Origin: Spirochaetia bacterium | GTDB taxonomy: Bacteria > Spirochaetota > Spirochaetia > DSM-16054 > Sediminispirochaetaceae | NCBI GenBank assembly: GCA_034520965.1 | Contig: JAXHMY010000002.1 | Location: forward strand, 416,001-480,000 | DNA length: 64,000 nt | Reading direction: 5' to 3' | Shown here: piece by piece, positions 22,358 through 34,886 of the stretch | How the letters are laid out: every line of letters starts with the position of its first letter | Position numbering within the stretch: the first letter of the stretch is position 1 | The notes under the pieces: generated by a model | What the model was told of the DNA's origin: nothing | What the model saw: only the letters and a program-made list of their open reading frames with translations | Database searches by the model: none | Position numbers and translations under genes: made by a program

Positions 22358-23554
22358 TTACAGGGAAGTGAACGACGGAAGGAGGACTCTTCTGAGTACT
22401 TCGGTCCCCTGCCCCTCGCTGCTTTCTATTTCCACAGTGCCGTGATGGGCTTCGACTACGCTTTTAACAATAGCCATTCCTAAACCGGTCCCGCCGTTGG
22501 GGGAAGAAGAATAGAAGGGCTCGAAGATGTGGTCCAGTACTTCCTGACTCATGCCGCTTCCATCATCACGAACCGAGAACTTGATCATTTTATTTTCGTG
22601 AACCGCCGAAACTTTACAGCTGCCCTGACGGCCAAGGGCTTTGCGGGCATTTTCCAGGAGGTTGGTAAATACTCGCAGCATTCGCTTATGATCCATGATG
22701 ACTTGCCCGTCGTAATCGTAGGAGCACTCCACTTTGATATCCTTCGAAGTAAACCGATGCTCTGTAAAATCACAAATCTCGCGAAAGAAATCCGGTATTG
22801 AGACTATTCCCATATCGAGCCGAATTTCACCCCTCGAATAATCGAGCAGTTCATTTGCCAGCTGGTTGAGTCGTTCGGTTTCAAAACTGATTTTATCCAG
22901 ATACTTCGTCTCTTTCGAAGCTTCATCAGAGGATGCTCCACCGGAGGATAATGAAAGCATGTCCGCATAGGCTTTGATCACCGATATTGGATTGCGAATA
23001 TCGTGCAGAATCATAGATGAGAACTTGCCCAGAGTAGTAAGCCGTTCGTTGCGCAGCAGCTCGTCCTGGGCTGCCTGCAGCTCATCATAGGCCTTCTGAA
23101 GCTGTCGGTTGCGCTCGCGAAGGTCTTCAACAAAGCTCTGATTGCTTTTGCGAACCATGGCACTGAGGGAGCGAATAATAGCCAAGGCTACCAGAGAGTT
23201 CTCCTTCAGCAGGCGCTGAAACTCCTCTTCGTTGATGTACAGCAGACGGGAGCGGGTCCGAGTGACCACGGTGGCACTGCGCGGCAAATTATCTACCAGG
23301 GCCATCTCGCCGAAGAGTTTGTTAATTCCGTGCACCGCCAGAAGGTCGGCATAGGGACTGTCGTAATCTTTCCAGACTTCAACCTCTCCCTCCATGACGA
23401 TATAGAAACGGTCGGCCGCTTCCCCTTCGTAAAAAATGACCTTTCCGGGCGTCAGCTCTACCTCTCGGCAGTAGCGCATGATATCCTGTATATCCTCGTC
23501 ATTGAGGTTCTGAAAGAAGGGCACTTCCCGCAGAAAATGAAAATAGCCTTTCAT
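22358..23554 (-). CDS. cNMP-binding sensor histidine kinase
   Basis: FGEMAL...PRSATV; H-box LHDIRNP; N, DxGxG and GTGLG boxes. Confidence 0.92.
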   Translation of the reverse strand: MKGYFHFLREVPFFQNLNDEDIQDIMRYCREVELTPGKVIFYEGEAADRFYIVMEGEVEVWKDYDSPYADLLAVHGINKLFGEMALVDNLPRSATVVTRTRSRLLYINEEEFQRLLKENSLVALAIIRSLSAMVRKSNQSFVEDLRERNRQLQKAYDELQAAQDELLRNERLTTLGKFSSMILHDIRNPISVIKAYADMLSLSSGGASSDEASKETKYLDKISFETERLNQLANELLDYSRGEIRLDMGIVSIPDFFREICDFTEHRFTSKDIKVECSYDYDGQVIMDHKRMLRVFTNLLENARKALGRQGSCKVSAVHENKMIKFSVRDDGSGMSQEVLDHIFEPFYSSSPNGGTGLGMAIVKSVVEAHHGTVEIESSEGQGTEVLRRVLLPSFTSL

Positions 23555-23566
23555 TTTACAGCCGCC

Positions 23567-23980
23567 TTATTCACCGATAATTTTGATCAGAACTCTTTTT
23601 CGACGGCGCCCGTCAAACTCACCGTAAAAGATCGCCTCCCAAGGGCCAAGATCAAGTGACCCTTCACTTATTGCCACCACTACCTCGCGACCCATCACCT
23701 GGCGCTTGAGGTGAGCATCACCATTATCTTCCCCCACATTGTGGTTATACCCATCGCGGTCGTAGGGAGCCAGTTTTTCCAGCCAATCCATGTAATCCTG
23801 GTGCAAGCCGGATTCGTTGTCGTTGATAAATACACTGGCGGTAATATGCATCGCATTTACCAGACAGAGCCCCTCTTTTACCCCGCTCTCTTGAACCGCC
23901 TCTTGTACGTCCCTGGAAATATGGACGAACTGGTAACGCTCTTTGGTGTTAAACCATAACTCTTTGCGATAGCTCTTCAT
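23567..23980 (-). CDS. yjbQ: YjbQ/UPF0047 family protein
   Basis: [24 protein letters not shown]. Confidence 0.92.
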   Translation of the reverse strand: MKSYRKELWFNTKERYQFVHISRDVQEAVQESGVKEGLCLVNAMHITASVFINDNESGLHQDYMDWLEKLAPYDRDGYNHNVGEDNGDAHLKRQVMGREVVVAISEGSLDLGPWEAIFYGEFDGRRRKRVLIKIIGE

Positions 23981-24042
23981 ACCTGCCTCCGAATATCATA
24001 ATCAGCGGATTTCCGAGAAGATCCGCTGTGACAATTTTGCAC

Positions 24043-25788
24043 CTATTTCTGCGCTGATTCAACCCAGCCATCGATGGTGGCCTGGATCTTATCCAGCCGC
24101 CGGCCAACCTCAGCCTTGGCCTGCTCCAGTTCCTGACCGGCGGTACCCCGGCAGGAGGCATAGAATTTTATTTTTGGCTCGGTTCCCGAAGGGCGCGCCG
24201 TGACAATACTGCCGTCTTGCAGGATAAACTGCAGCACGTTTGATGAAGGCAAACCGGTAGTGGCACTTTGGTAGTAATCTTTTACCTGAGAGACCGTAAT
24301 GCCGCCAACTTCTGTGGGGGGATTCTCGCGCAGCCGCCGCATCAGTCCGTCCATAACCTCCTTACCGGACATCCCCTTGAAGGCGCGGGACACCAGAATC
24401 TCCTGAAAAAAACCATATTCCTGATAAATTTCATTTAGCCGGTCAAGCAAGGACTTGTTGCGGGTACGGTGGTAAAGGGCCATCTCGGCGGTGAGAACGG
24501 CCGCAGATACGGCATCCTTATCGCGGATTTTATCGGTTGCCAGGTATCCGTAACTCTCCTCTCCGCCAAAGACGTAGGTTTCGCCGCTCGTTTCAAACTG
24601 CTTGATCTTATCTGCAATATACTTAAAACCGGTCAGCACATCGTACGAGGCGGCCCCGTAGGATTCGGCAATCAAGCGCTGAAGTTCAGTGGTAACAATT
24701 GTTTTGACGAAAGCCGGTTTATCGGGCAGTGTACCCAGCTCTTTACGGGACTGGAAAATATAATCGGCCAGAAGAGCTCCTAACTGGTTTCCGTTTATCA
24801 GCTGAAACTCATTATCGCTGCCGGGAACGGGATTTTTGGGAACAGCTATTCCCAAACGGTCCCCGTCGGGGTCGGTTCCCATTACTAAATCGGCCCGCTT
24901 CTCTTTTCCAAGCTCAATGGCCATTTTCATGGCCGAAGCTTCTTCCGGATTGGGAGATTTGACCGTAGGGAAGTTGCCGTCGGGCTCAGCTTGCTCGGGA
25001 ACCTCGATAACCTCGATGCCCATTTCGCCCAGCACCTGGGGCAGCCCCACCCCGCCGGTACCATGGAGGGGTGTAAAAACTACCTTTAGTTCGCTGCCGT
25101 GCTGCTGCAGTAATTCGGGCCGTAGACTGCAGTCTTTAACAACCTGCCGGTATTCGGCATCAATCTGCTCGTCAATTACTGTCAGAAGCCCCTTTTTTTG
25201 TGCTTCCTCGCGAGCTATCAGCTGTATCTTGGTTCCAACTTTATGTACCTCGTCAATAATTCCCTTATCGTGGGGGGGCACAATCTGACCGCCGTCGGAC
25301 CAATACACTTTATATCCATTGTACTCCGACGGGTTATGGCTGGCGGTTACCACAATACCTGCGGTAGCCTGCAGAGCCCGTACCGCGTAGGAGAGCTCGG
25401 GAGTTGGCCGCAGCCCTGAAAACAGATAAACCTTGATGCCGTTGGCAGCCAAAACCCGGGCCGCCTCTTCAGCAAAAAGGTCGGAGAAATTGCGGGAATC
25501 GTAGGCAATCACCACCGAACCTTTATCCGTCGTCTTCTTGATGTAATTTGCCAGGCCTTGGGTTGCCTGCTGGATAATAAAGGGGTTTACACGGTTGTAG
25601 CCGCCGCCGATTACTCCGCGCAATCCGCCGGTGCCAAAACTCAACTGGGTATAAAATCGATCATTCAAGTTATCGATATCATTCTGATCCAGAACCTTCT
25701 GCAGTTCCTGTTTGAAGTAGGAATGCGTCTCTAGGGACAGATATTCCTGGGCTGCCGATTTAAGTTCGTTTTCATTCATATGCTCCAC
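24043..25788 (-). CDS. pgm: Phosphoglucomutase/phosphomannomutase
   Basis: FGTGGLRG, TASHNP, DPDGDR, GGEESYG, RPSGTEPKIK. Confidence 0.95.
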   Translation of the reverse strand: MEHMNENELKSAAQEYLSLETHSYFKQELQKVLDQNDIDNLNDRFYTQLSFGTGGLRGVIGGGYNRVNPFIIQQATQGLANYIKKTTDKGSVVIAYDSRNFSDLFAEEAARVLAANGIKVYLFSGLRPTPELSYAVRALQATAGIVVTASHNPSEYNGYKVYWSDGGQIVPPHDKGIIDEVHKVGTKIQLIAREEAQKKGLLTVIDEQIDAEYRQVVKDCSLRPELLQQHGSELKVVFTPLHGTGGVGLPQVLGEMGIEVIEVPEQAEPDGNFPTVKSPNPEEASAMKMAIELGKEKRADLVMGTDPDGDRLGIAVPKNPVPGSDNEFQLINGNQLGALLADYIFQSRKELGTLPDKPAFVKTIVTTELQRLIAESYGAASYDVLTGFKYIADKIKQFETSGETYVFGGEESYGYLATDKIRDKDAVSAAVLTAEMALYHRTRNKSLLDRLNEIYQEYGFFQEILVSRAFKGMSGKEVMDGLMRRLRENPPTEVGGITVSQVKDYYQSATTGLPSSNVLQFILQDGSIVTARPSGTEPKIKFYASCRGTAGQELEQAKAEVGRRLDKIQATIDGWVESAQK

Positions 25789-25879
25789 CTCATTTTATTC
25801 GCTCTTTTCTTTCAGTATAATAAGAGTTCTCACGCTCTGTCCAATAGTTTCGTATGTCCTCCCTGGCACACGAAACGAC

Positions 25880-25906
25880 AAAAATAGCCGTATACGGCTA
25901 TTTTTT
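25880..25906. terminator. Palindromic (bidirectional-type) terminator
   Basis: AAAAATAGCCGTATACGGCTATTTTT downstream of the HAD gene. Confidence 0.65.
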
Positions 25907-25915
25907 TAATAAAAA

Positions 25916-26602
25916 TCAGGAAACAGAGAGAGGAAACAGAGACAGCAGTTCTTTGGGTGCGTTCAGCAGCATCCGCGCTCCCCGCTCCTGCAGTTCCGCT
26001 ACCGGCCGATATCCCCAGGAGACTCCAACCGGAAACAGACCGGCGCTTACCGCTGTGTCCATATCGATCCCACTATCGCCTACGTAAAGCACCTCCTCCG
26101 GCAGCACATCAACAGTTCGCAAGAGAAGCTGCACCCCTTGCGGATCGGGTTTAGGCGGAATTTTATCCGAGGCCCCCTGAACCGCCATAAACTCTACGTG
26201 CGGAAAGAATTCAGCTGCAATAGTGTTGGTTAAGAGGTGCTCTTTATTCGATAAAATCGCCAATCGGATACTGCGCTGCTGGAGCTCCGCTAACAATTCG
26301 GGAATCCCTTCGTACGGGGTAGTATCCTGATACGGCAGGCGTCGATACTCACGAAGCAGTTCTACAGTAAGCTCTTCGACCAGAGAGGTCGTGGCGGCAG
26401 TATTCTGAAATTCCTCCGGAAGGGCCCGCCGCAGGGTCTCGTCCAAGCCCCAGCCCACCTTGCCTCTGTAGGCTTCAACCGGATGCTCCGGAAATCCCTT
26501 GACGGCGAGGGCCCGATTTGCTGCCCTGGCGATATCGGGTAAAGTATACAGCAGGGTCCCATCCATGTCGAAGAAGACCGCTTTGAATTTATAATGGTGC
26601 AT
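25916..26602 (-). CDS. HAD hydrolase (phosphoglycolate phosphatase-like)
   Basis: FDMDGTL, LSNK, KPDP, YVGDS..D. Confidence 0.92.
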   Translation of the reverse strand: MHHYKFKAVFFDMDGTLLYTLPDIARAANRALAVKGFPEHPVEAYRGKVGWGLDETLRRALPEEFQNTAATTSLVEELTVELLREYRRLPYQDTTPYEGIPELLAELQQRSIRLAILSNKEHLLTNTIAAEFFPHVEFMAVQGASDKIPPKPDPQGVQLLLRTVDVLPEEVLYVGDSGIDMDTAVSAGLFPVGVSWGYRPVAELQERGARMLLNAPKELLSLFPLSVS

Positions 26603-26778
26603 AATGGAACCACTTTACCTGAATGCGTCTGAATTTGAAATAGGGTTGAAATAGGTAAAAGTACTGAACTCATATTTGCTGTCCAGATTCACTTGCCCTT
26701 CGATGAAAAAATACGTTATGGTTGCCGAAAGTGCATCTGGCCTTGGAAAACAAACAAAAGGACACCCTGGAGGACAAT

Positions 26779-27916
26779 ATGAAAGTTCCGGTTTCACTGG
26801 TGCGTTGTGCCGCCTATAAACCCCATGAGCTGGCCAAGTCACTTTCCGAGGCAATTGAACTGGCCGGTGGATTAGAGCTTGCGGGGCAGCGGGTTTTGCT
26901 AAAACCGAATATTTTACGAGACGCAGCTCCTGAGCGAGCCTTGTCGACTCACCCGGAGTTTGTCCGAGCGGTAATTCGCTATGTGAAGGCCGCCGGGGCA
27001 AAGCGCATACTGGTCGGTGACAGCCCGGGAGTACACCTGGGCGATTTCGAAGGCCGCGGCTGCGGCATTCGACAGGTGGTCGATGAGGAAGGGGCCGAGT
27101 GGGCAGATTTCCGCAGCGGAAAAAAGGAGTTCACCCTCCAGAACCCGCTCATTGAATCCTTCCTTTCAGCTTACCAACATCCTGGACCAAGTTGATGTGG
27201 TTATATCCCTGCCCAAGCTCAAAACCCACCAGTTCATGTTTTATACCGGAGCCATGAAAAATCTGTATGGACTGATCCCCGGCTATAAAAAAGCCGGCTT
27301 GCACGTAAAATACTCCAGTCGGGATGATTTTGCCAAGATGCTGATCGATCTGCTGCAGGTGCTGCCGCCACACTATGCACTCATGGACGCAGTGGTAGCC
27401 ATGGAAGGCCCCGGGCCGGGAAACGGCTTCCCCCGTTCCCTCGGTTTGATAGCCGCCAGTCGGAGTACATTGGCCCTGGACCTTGTCGCTTCCCAATTGA
27501 TCGGCTATGATCCACACTCGATCCCGACGAATCGGCACGCCCTGGGAGTGCTCGACGGAATCAACAGTGTCGATGACTTCGAGCTTAAGGGATTGAGCCT
27601 GGACGAGGCTCGGCCAAGGCAGTTCGAGTTGATCGGCGGCTCACAGCGAGGTCCTATAACCCGCTTTTTAATGCACTTCCGGCTGTTTCAAAAATTAGAG
27701 ACAAGGTCGCGCCCAACGCCGAAGTTTAACCATGAAAAATGCATCCTCTGCGGAGAATGTATTGCAATTTGTGCATCCCGAGCACTCACTTTTGCCGCAG
27801 ACGCCAACGGGCAGCGCTATGTAAAGCTTGATGAATCTAAATGCATTCGCTGCTACTGCTGTCATGAAATTTGTCCGGTAGAAGCAATAACTATTGAGGA
27901 ACATACGTGTCACTAG
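26779..27916 (+). CDS. DUF362 + 2x[4Fe-4S] protein (frameshift ~27160)
   Basis: LLKPN, THP, LPKLKTH, GA.KN; CILCGEC...C and CIRCYCC...CP. Confidence 0.9.
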
Positions 27917-29911
27917 ATTTACAACAGGAACTAAACCCCGAACAGTATATTGCCGCCTCGACCACTCGACGGACCGCTGCTGATTATAGCAGGAGCCGGA
28001 TCGGGCAAGACGCGGATGATAATATTTCGCATTGCCCATATGCTGGAGCAGGGCATCCCGCAATCATCGATTATTGCCCTTACCTTCACCAACAAAGCGG
28101 CCCGCGAGATGACCGCCCGGGTACGGGAGCTGACCGGCAAGCGCCTTTCGAACCTTACCTTGTCTACCTTCCACGCCTTTGGGGTTCAAGTGCTGCGCAG
28201 CCATATACAGCACCTGGGCTTTAAGAAAAACTTCAGCATCTACGATCAATCGGATAAGATATCCCTGCTAAAAGAGGTAGCCCGCGAGCTGAATATCACG
28301 GCCGATCAGGTCGACTTTTATGAAACCGCCAATATTTTTCCGCCATCAAGACCGGCCGCAGCGGCTGGAACCCGTGAGAATCGAGTCGTTAAAACCGGAT
28401 GTATCAGGAGTACCAGGAGCACCTGCAGGTGTACGACGCGGTAGATTTTGACGACCTGATTATGCTGCCGATCAAGCTGCTGGAAGAGCATCCCGACGTG
28501 CTTGAGTATTACCGCTCGCGGTTTCGCTACATCATGGTCGATGAGTTTCAGGATACAAGCTTAGCCCAGTACCGCATGATGAAGCTGCTCTCGGATGAGT
28601 CGCGGAACATCTGCGTGGTGGGCGATGATGATCAGTCGATCTACTCCTGGCGGGGGCGAACTATCTAAATATCGTGCAGTTCGAACGCGACTTCCCCGAG
28701 CGAATCGAAATTAAGCTGGAACAGAACTACCGCTCCACTCGCCACATACTTGATGCGGCGAACGGGCTTATCTCACACAACGAAAACCGAAAAACTAAAA
28801 AACTGTGGACAGGTATCGAAGGGGGCAAGGCGCTTGAGCTGTATTATCCGGAGGATGAATTACGGGAGGCGGATTTTGTCACCGAGATGATCAAAACTCT
28901 GGTAATGCGGGAGAAATACCGTTATCACGACTTCGGGATTTTGGTGCGGACCAACAGCCTTACCGCCGTTCTGGAAAATGGCCTGCTGGCGGAGAATATC
29001 CCCTACCGCGTCTCCGGCGGGCAGAGCTTTTTTCAGCGTAAAGAAATTAAAGATGTCATTGCGTATCTTAAGGTCATCGCTAATCCGGATGACGACATGA
29101 ATCTGCTGCGCGTTATTAATACCCCTCGACGGGGAATCGGCAAAACTACCCTTCAGAAAATTCGCAGTATCGCGGAGGAGAAGAAGTATTCCCTTTACTC
29201 TACAATTTCCGCACTGCGCTGGGCCACGGACGCACCGATTACTGCAAAGGCTAAAGAAAATTTGGAAGAGTTTATCGGTCTGGTCGAATATTACCGCGAA
29301 CGAATTTTAACCGGCAAAAAGATGGCCGAGACAACCCGCTCATTGATTAACCGGATTGATTATTGGGCACATCTGCTGCAGGAACATTCGACCAACGACA
29401 AGGTTGCCCGCTGGAAGTACAAGAACGTGGGAACCTTTATAGACCTCTTCGAACGCTGGGAGAATGATCCGGACAACCTGGATCCGAATATCTACACCTA
29501 TCTCAACCGCATTTCCCTGATTACCCGGGATGATGATGATGAAGACGAGAAGGGAAAGGTCAACCTGATGACTATCCACGCTTCCAAGGGGCTGGAGTTC
29601 GAAATTGTCTTTCTGGCGGGGGTGGAGGCACACCTTATTCCCCACGCCCGTTCGGTAGAAGAGGACCCCAATAACTTAGAAGAGGAGCGGCGGCTTTTTT
29701 ACGTGGCAATTACCCGAGCAAAACAGAAGCTTTACATGACAAGCTGTCTTACCCGTAGAGTCATGCGTGAAATAACCGAGTCCGGCCCATCTCCCTTCTT
29801 CTGCAGGAGATCCCGGCCGAATTGATTGAAATACACCAGCCCGAGGAAGATTTAGACCCCGAGGAAGTGGCGGACATGTTTGCGGCCATGAAATCGAAAA
29901 TGGGCAAATAA
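27907..29911 (+). CDS. UvrD/PcrA/Rep DNA helicase (frameshifted)
   Basis: AGAGSGKT, VDEFQDT, VGDDDQSIY, EQNYRS, TIHASKGLEF, EERRLFYVAITRA. Confidence 0.95.
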
Positions 29912-30039
29912 ATTCATTCCCGGGGCGCTGGCCAGGGCTCCGGCCCAGGCGCTGGAGTTTTCATTTTTCTTAAAATAGAGTACCCTTGTACCACGCACTT
30001 TTTATACATACACTTTTTTTACATAAGGATACGATTTCT

Positions 30040-31080
30040 ATGCACGATATTAGAACTTTGGAAAATTCCAACAGCTGCATTACAGCTCATTGATCAGAGA
30101 AAACTTCCCTCAGCCGCGAGCTGTATATATGTTCAACCTACGAAGAGGTAGCACTGCCATCCGCGATATGGTGGTACGCGGAGCCCCTGCAATCGGAGCC
30201 ACCGCAGCATACGGAGTGTACCTGGCGGCAGCTGCCTATCAGGAGTTTCCCCACGAGGCGTTTTTTTCCAAGCTCCGCGAAGCCTGCCATGTACTCATAA
30301 AAGCACGGCCTACTGCGGTCAACCTCAGATGGGCGGTCCGAAGAATGCTGGCTCTAGCCGAATCATCTTCTGCATTAACCCCGGCCCAGATCGCCGAAAG
30401 GCTGTTAGCCGAAGCAAAGGCCGTTCAGCAGGAGGATGTCGACACTAATCGCCGTATGGGAAGCCACGGAAACAGCCTCATTCCCCAAAAAGCGCATATT
30501 CTGACCCACTGCAATACCGGTACCTTGGCCACTGCCGGATGGGGAACCGCCTTGGGAGTGGTCCGGTCGGCGGTGGAAGCGGGAAAAGAGGTCTTTGTGT
30601 ATGCCGATGAAACCCGGCCTCGACTGCAAGGAGGACGGCTTACTGCCTGGGAGCTGGTTCAGGAAGGAATACCCGGCCAAACTGATTGCCGACAGCACCG
30701 CCGCTTTTTTAATGCAGCAGGAAAGGTCAGATTTAATAGTGGTGGGGGCCGACCGCATCGCTTCCAATGGCGATACAAGTAATAAGATCGGAACCTATAT
30801 GTTGTCGGTTCTTGCCAAGGAGCATGGGATTCCCTTTTACGTGGTTGCACCTGTTTCAACTATTGATTACGAAATTGAAAGCGGCCGGGAAATCCCGATT
30901 GAAGAGCGCAGCCGGGAGGAGGTAACCCACGTCGGCGCATGCCAAATTGCTCCCGACGGGATAGAGGTGTATAATCCGGCCTTCGATATTACCCCGCACA
31001 CCTACATCAGTGCAATTGTAACCGAATACGGGGTAGCTCGTCCGCCCTTCACCCAATCACTATCCGCCTTTCAGACCTAG
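30040..31080 (+). CDS. mtnA: S-methyl-5-thioribose-1-phosphate isomerase (frameshifted)
   Basis: [55 protein letters not shown]. Confidence 0.95.
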
Positions 31081-31093
31081 TGAAGACAGCCCA

Positions 31094-31841
31094 ATGAACA
31101 TACCCATCCTCTATCAGGATTCATCACTGGTGGTCATTGATAAACCCTCTGGGCTGCTTATGCATCCGAACCACTATACCCAAAACCAGCCTAACTGTAT
31201 AAATATATTGGGGGGGATCGTTCAAAAAAAGGTACTCATTTGCCACCGGCTTGACCGCCGTACCTCCGGGGCAGTTGTTTTTGCCCTGCGGAAGGACGCG
31301 GCCACCTCAATTACAACTCAATTTAAAGAGCATAAAGTCGAAAAACGTTACCTGGCACTCGTCCGCGGACACTTAGCCGATGAGGTTTTCACCGACCGTC
31401 CAATCCGGGATTTTTATAGCGATGAGAAAAAGTATGTACAGGCTGAAAGCCGGATAAAGCCGCTGGCCCACGGCGCGTTGCCCCAGGACTTACTGCCGAC
31501 CGAGATGCGGGAACTACGTGAGACCCGCTATACCCTGGTCCAGGTAGAACTGCTGACCGGTAAAACCCACCAGGCCCGCAGCCATCTGGACGGCTTGGGT
31601 CGTCCGGTTATCGGTGCATAATCTGCATGGGGATAAACGTCAAAACCAGTTGTTTCAAGAAGTATTTGCAAGCGAAGAGATGTTTCTACGATCCTGTTTC
31701 TTACAATTCACGCACCCGGCGACTCAGAAAACCCTTTCGGTGAGCCTGGGAGCAGCGGAAAGCTGGCTTACGGTACTGAAGCAGCTGCAATTTCCGTCTG
31801 AGCATACCCTCTTTAGGGAGGCGCAGGTTACTCTGTCTTAA
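31094..31841 (+). CDS. RluA/TruC-family pseudouridine synthase (frameshift ~31620)
   Basis: DKPSGL, HRLDRRTSG, TGKTHQ.R.H. Confidence 0.9.
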
Positions 31842-31901
31842 GCGACTGAACTCAGCTCAATTCGTATCTGGATCCTTTTAAAGCCCAGTATTACTTTCAG
31901 C

Positions 31902-32121
31902 TCAGCCCTCTTCGGCAAGCAATTTATATGCAACCTCTTTCTCATGCGGGTAGAGATCCGGAGGCATCTTTTCTTTCCAGGGCCATTGCAATAACATACC
32001 GAGCACAGTGCAGGCTGTTGCTTCGGCAATAGTCTTCTTTCAGTTTTTCAATTTCTACCGGCTTTTCAGCCAGCTGTCCGTTAAAAAAGGGACAGTTCTC
32101 TATAAATTCACACTCAGCCAT
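31902..32121 (-). CDS. Small Cys-rich hypothetical protein (absent from the ORF track because of a frameshift)
   Basis: Manual translation MAECEFIENCPFFN...YCRSNSLHCARY...PPDLYP. Confidence 0.65.
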
Positions 32122-32272
32122 AAACTCATTATCCTTCTAAATTACACGTATAACACGCAGGGAGTGAGTATATATAAAAACAGATATCCCTTCAAGGAGC
32201 GCAATAGGAGAGCAAAAAAAGGCCGCCCCTAGGGCAGCCTTCTTATTTGATAACGAAATTTCATAATGAAAC

Positions 32273-32738
32273 TTAGTGTACATGACCGTGATCGAGCTCT
32301 TCTTTGGTGGGTTCGCGCACATCGGACACGGCTACATCAAAATGGAGAGTTTGGCCGGCCAACGGATGGTTTGCATCCAAAGTGACTTTTTCTTCGCCAA
32401 TTGATTTAATGGTAAAAATCTGTACCTGTCCATCGTTATTTTGCGCCTGAACCTGCATTCCCTCTTGAATTTGGGACGCATCCTGGAACTGTTCTTTCCC
32501 TACTTCAAACATCAGTGATTCGTCATATTCACCGTAGCCCTCTTTCGGCTCAACGGTCACGGCAAGTTCTTCGCCCTGCTCTTTCCCTTCCAGAGCATTT
32601 TCTAAGCCCGGAATGATGTTTCCGCTTCCGTGAATGAAAGCAAGCGGTTCGCGGTCTTAGAGAAGTATCAAGCACCTCTCCAGCATCGTCTTTTAAAGTA
32701 TAATCAATACTTACAACCTTTTCGTTCTCAATTTTCAT
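32273..32738 (-). CDS. slyD: FKBP-type peptidyl-prolyl isomerase SlyD (frameshifted)
   Basis: VVSIDYTL, DANHPLAGQTLHF, ELDHGHVH; hairpin at ~32214-32243 downstream. Confidence 0.92.
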
Positions 32739-32893
32739 ATTTTCCCCTAGGTAAATTTCTACATCAATAAACTCTTCAACAATTATCCTTTATGGTGATC
32801 TGCATAGAGATTGGCTGTGAAGAAAAGATATCAATGATCTCCTATTAAACTACTAAAAAAAAAGCTTATCGAAAAGGGGGGTGCGGGAAAAAG

Positions 32894-33275
32894 TTAATCA
32901 CACCCCGGTTTTTCTATCTTATCTGAATCTACCAGGATAATCAGCTGTTCCGGCAGGCCGTTTAACAAGTTCTGGGGCAGATGGAACCCATAATTGTTGG
33001 ACAGTTCAATGATAAACGACAGATGATCATAATCCCAGTTATGGAACTCATCGCGCTCGCATGAGGCCGTCAGGGTAAGAATTAGCTCGGCACATACCGC
33101 CCCAAGCTCCTCCGCCTCGAATTGCTCGTCGGCTTCACTAAACAAGAGCTTCGCCGTCATACCCCTCCGGCAGATCTTCGAGAAAGGTAGATTTCAACCG
33201 GTCGATACTATTTTCATCGCCATCAGCAGCAATACTGCGATAATCTTCAATTAAAGTTATATCAAATTTTCCCAT
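32894..33275 (-). CDS. Acidic hypothetical protein (frameshift)
   Basis: GGAG RBS + ATG; two joining ORF pieces. Confidence 0.6.
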
Positions 33276-33398
33276 TTTTGCTCTCCCTTCAGGATTTAAG
33301 ATAGTTTTAACATAGTAATACAGAAAGAGAAGGTCAAATTTATAATGTTGTATTGCGCCTGTATTGCCCAAGTAAGCCAAGATATGGTACTTAGAATT

Positions 33399-34800
33399 AT
33401 GCAGCCCCAAATTCAGGAACAAGAGCACCCAAGAACCACCATAGCCGCAATCCTTACCGCCGTATTCCTGTTAGGGGCCGGTTCTGCCCTGCAGGGAACC
33501 GCCGTTGCACTGCGCGGGAATATAGAGGGCTTCGCCAGCCAGATGATAGGAATAATCATCTCCTCCTATTTTATCGGTTTTATAATCGGTTCGATTCTGG
33601 TAGTCAGCTTTATCCGCTTTGTAGGGTACGTTCGTACCTTTGCCGCCTTTGCATCTCTGGCTTCAGCTGCCTCCCTGGCCCACTTAATTGTAATTGACCC
33701 TATTGCCTGGATTCTCTTCCGCAGCCTGTACGGCATATTTATCGCCGGAATGCTGGTAATTGTTGAAAGCTGGCTGAACTCTTCCACCTCTACCTATAAC
33801 CGCGGCCGCATCCTTGGCCTGTACAGCCTGGTATATCTGGCGGCCATGGGTGCCGGACAACCACTGATAGCCGTATGGCCTCCGGCGGGTTTTGAACTGT
33901 TTGCAGTAACCAGCATTCTGGTGTCCCTTTCTCTGGTCCCCCTGGCCCTAGCACAGGTTTCCGGGGTACCCCAGGTCGATCGAACCCCCTTCCGCCCCAT
34001 TAAAACTTTTGCAAAGTCGCCTATGGCCGGCTTTGGAGTAATTCTGAGCGGCATGAGTGCCGAAGCCATGTGGGGAATGGCTCCGCTGTTCGGATACAAC
34101 TCGGGCTTTAGTGAAAGCGGAATCGGAACCCTCATGCTCTCCCTGTCCGTAGGTGCCCTAGCCTCTCAATGGCCCTTGGGCTGGATCTCCGACCGCAGCG
34201 ACCGCCGTATCACCATCCTGGCGGGAGCCGGCCTCAGCGCCGCTGCTGCGGGGGGCATTGCGTTAGTCGGTGCAGCCGGTATGCCCCTGTACGTGCTGAC
34301 CTTTCTGTTCGGAGCTTTCTGCATGCCCCTGTATTCGCTCTCCATCGCCCTGTTGAACGACCAACTCACTCACAGCGAAATGGTACACGCCGCCAGCGCC
34401 TTAGTGGTTTTCTATGGAATTGGTTCGGCCGCCGGCCCCTACGGAGCCAGTGTGTGCATGGGCCTGTTCGGACCGCAACGGTCTGTTTCTGTTTATCGGA
34501 GTCGTACTGGCCGCATTTGTAATCTTGAGCCTCTCCCGTCTTATGCTCGTCCCCTTCCTCCCCCGCCGTCACCAGGAGCATTATCATCCCTATCCGCGTA
34601 CCACCTTTGCCGCCTTCTTCCTGGTACGCCGCCGGGGAGAACGGCGCGAGGTACAGCGAGAAGAAAAGCGGGAGCTCCGCAGTCAAAGCAGGCGCAGGAG
34701 CCGGCGAGCGAACCTTCGCCGGACAGATGAAACAAAGACTTCCGACGAGCACAAAACACATGATGCCCACAAAGAACCTTCCAACGACCTCGAAGAATAG
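33399..34800 (+). CDS. MFS transporter, YcaD-like (frameshift ~34480)
   Basis: Multiple TMs, ESWLN....RG, QWPLGW.SDR.DRR. Confidence 0.9.
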
Positions 34801-34886
34801 AATCAACATACTTGCTTCATATTTCCTTCACATCTTTGCCCTATGTTTGTTTTGTAACATAAAACAAGCTTCAAGGAGGCATTAAT

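Noticed and set aside
25847..25876. Small hairpin with CTCCCT loop as an ncRNA
   Set aside because: Short, mismatched on both strands, and adjacent to a terminator; at most REP-like
27907..31080. Programmed frameshifting in uvrD or mtnA
   Set aside because: Multiple scattered indels throughout the window indicate sequencing error
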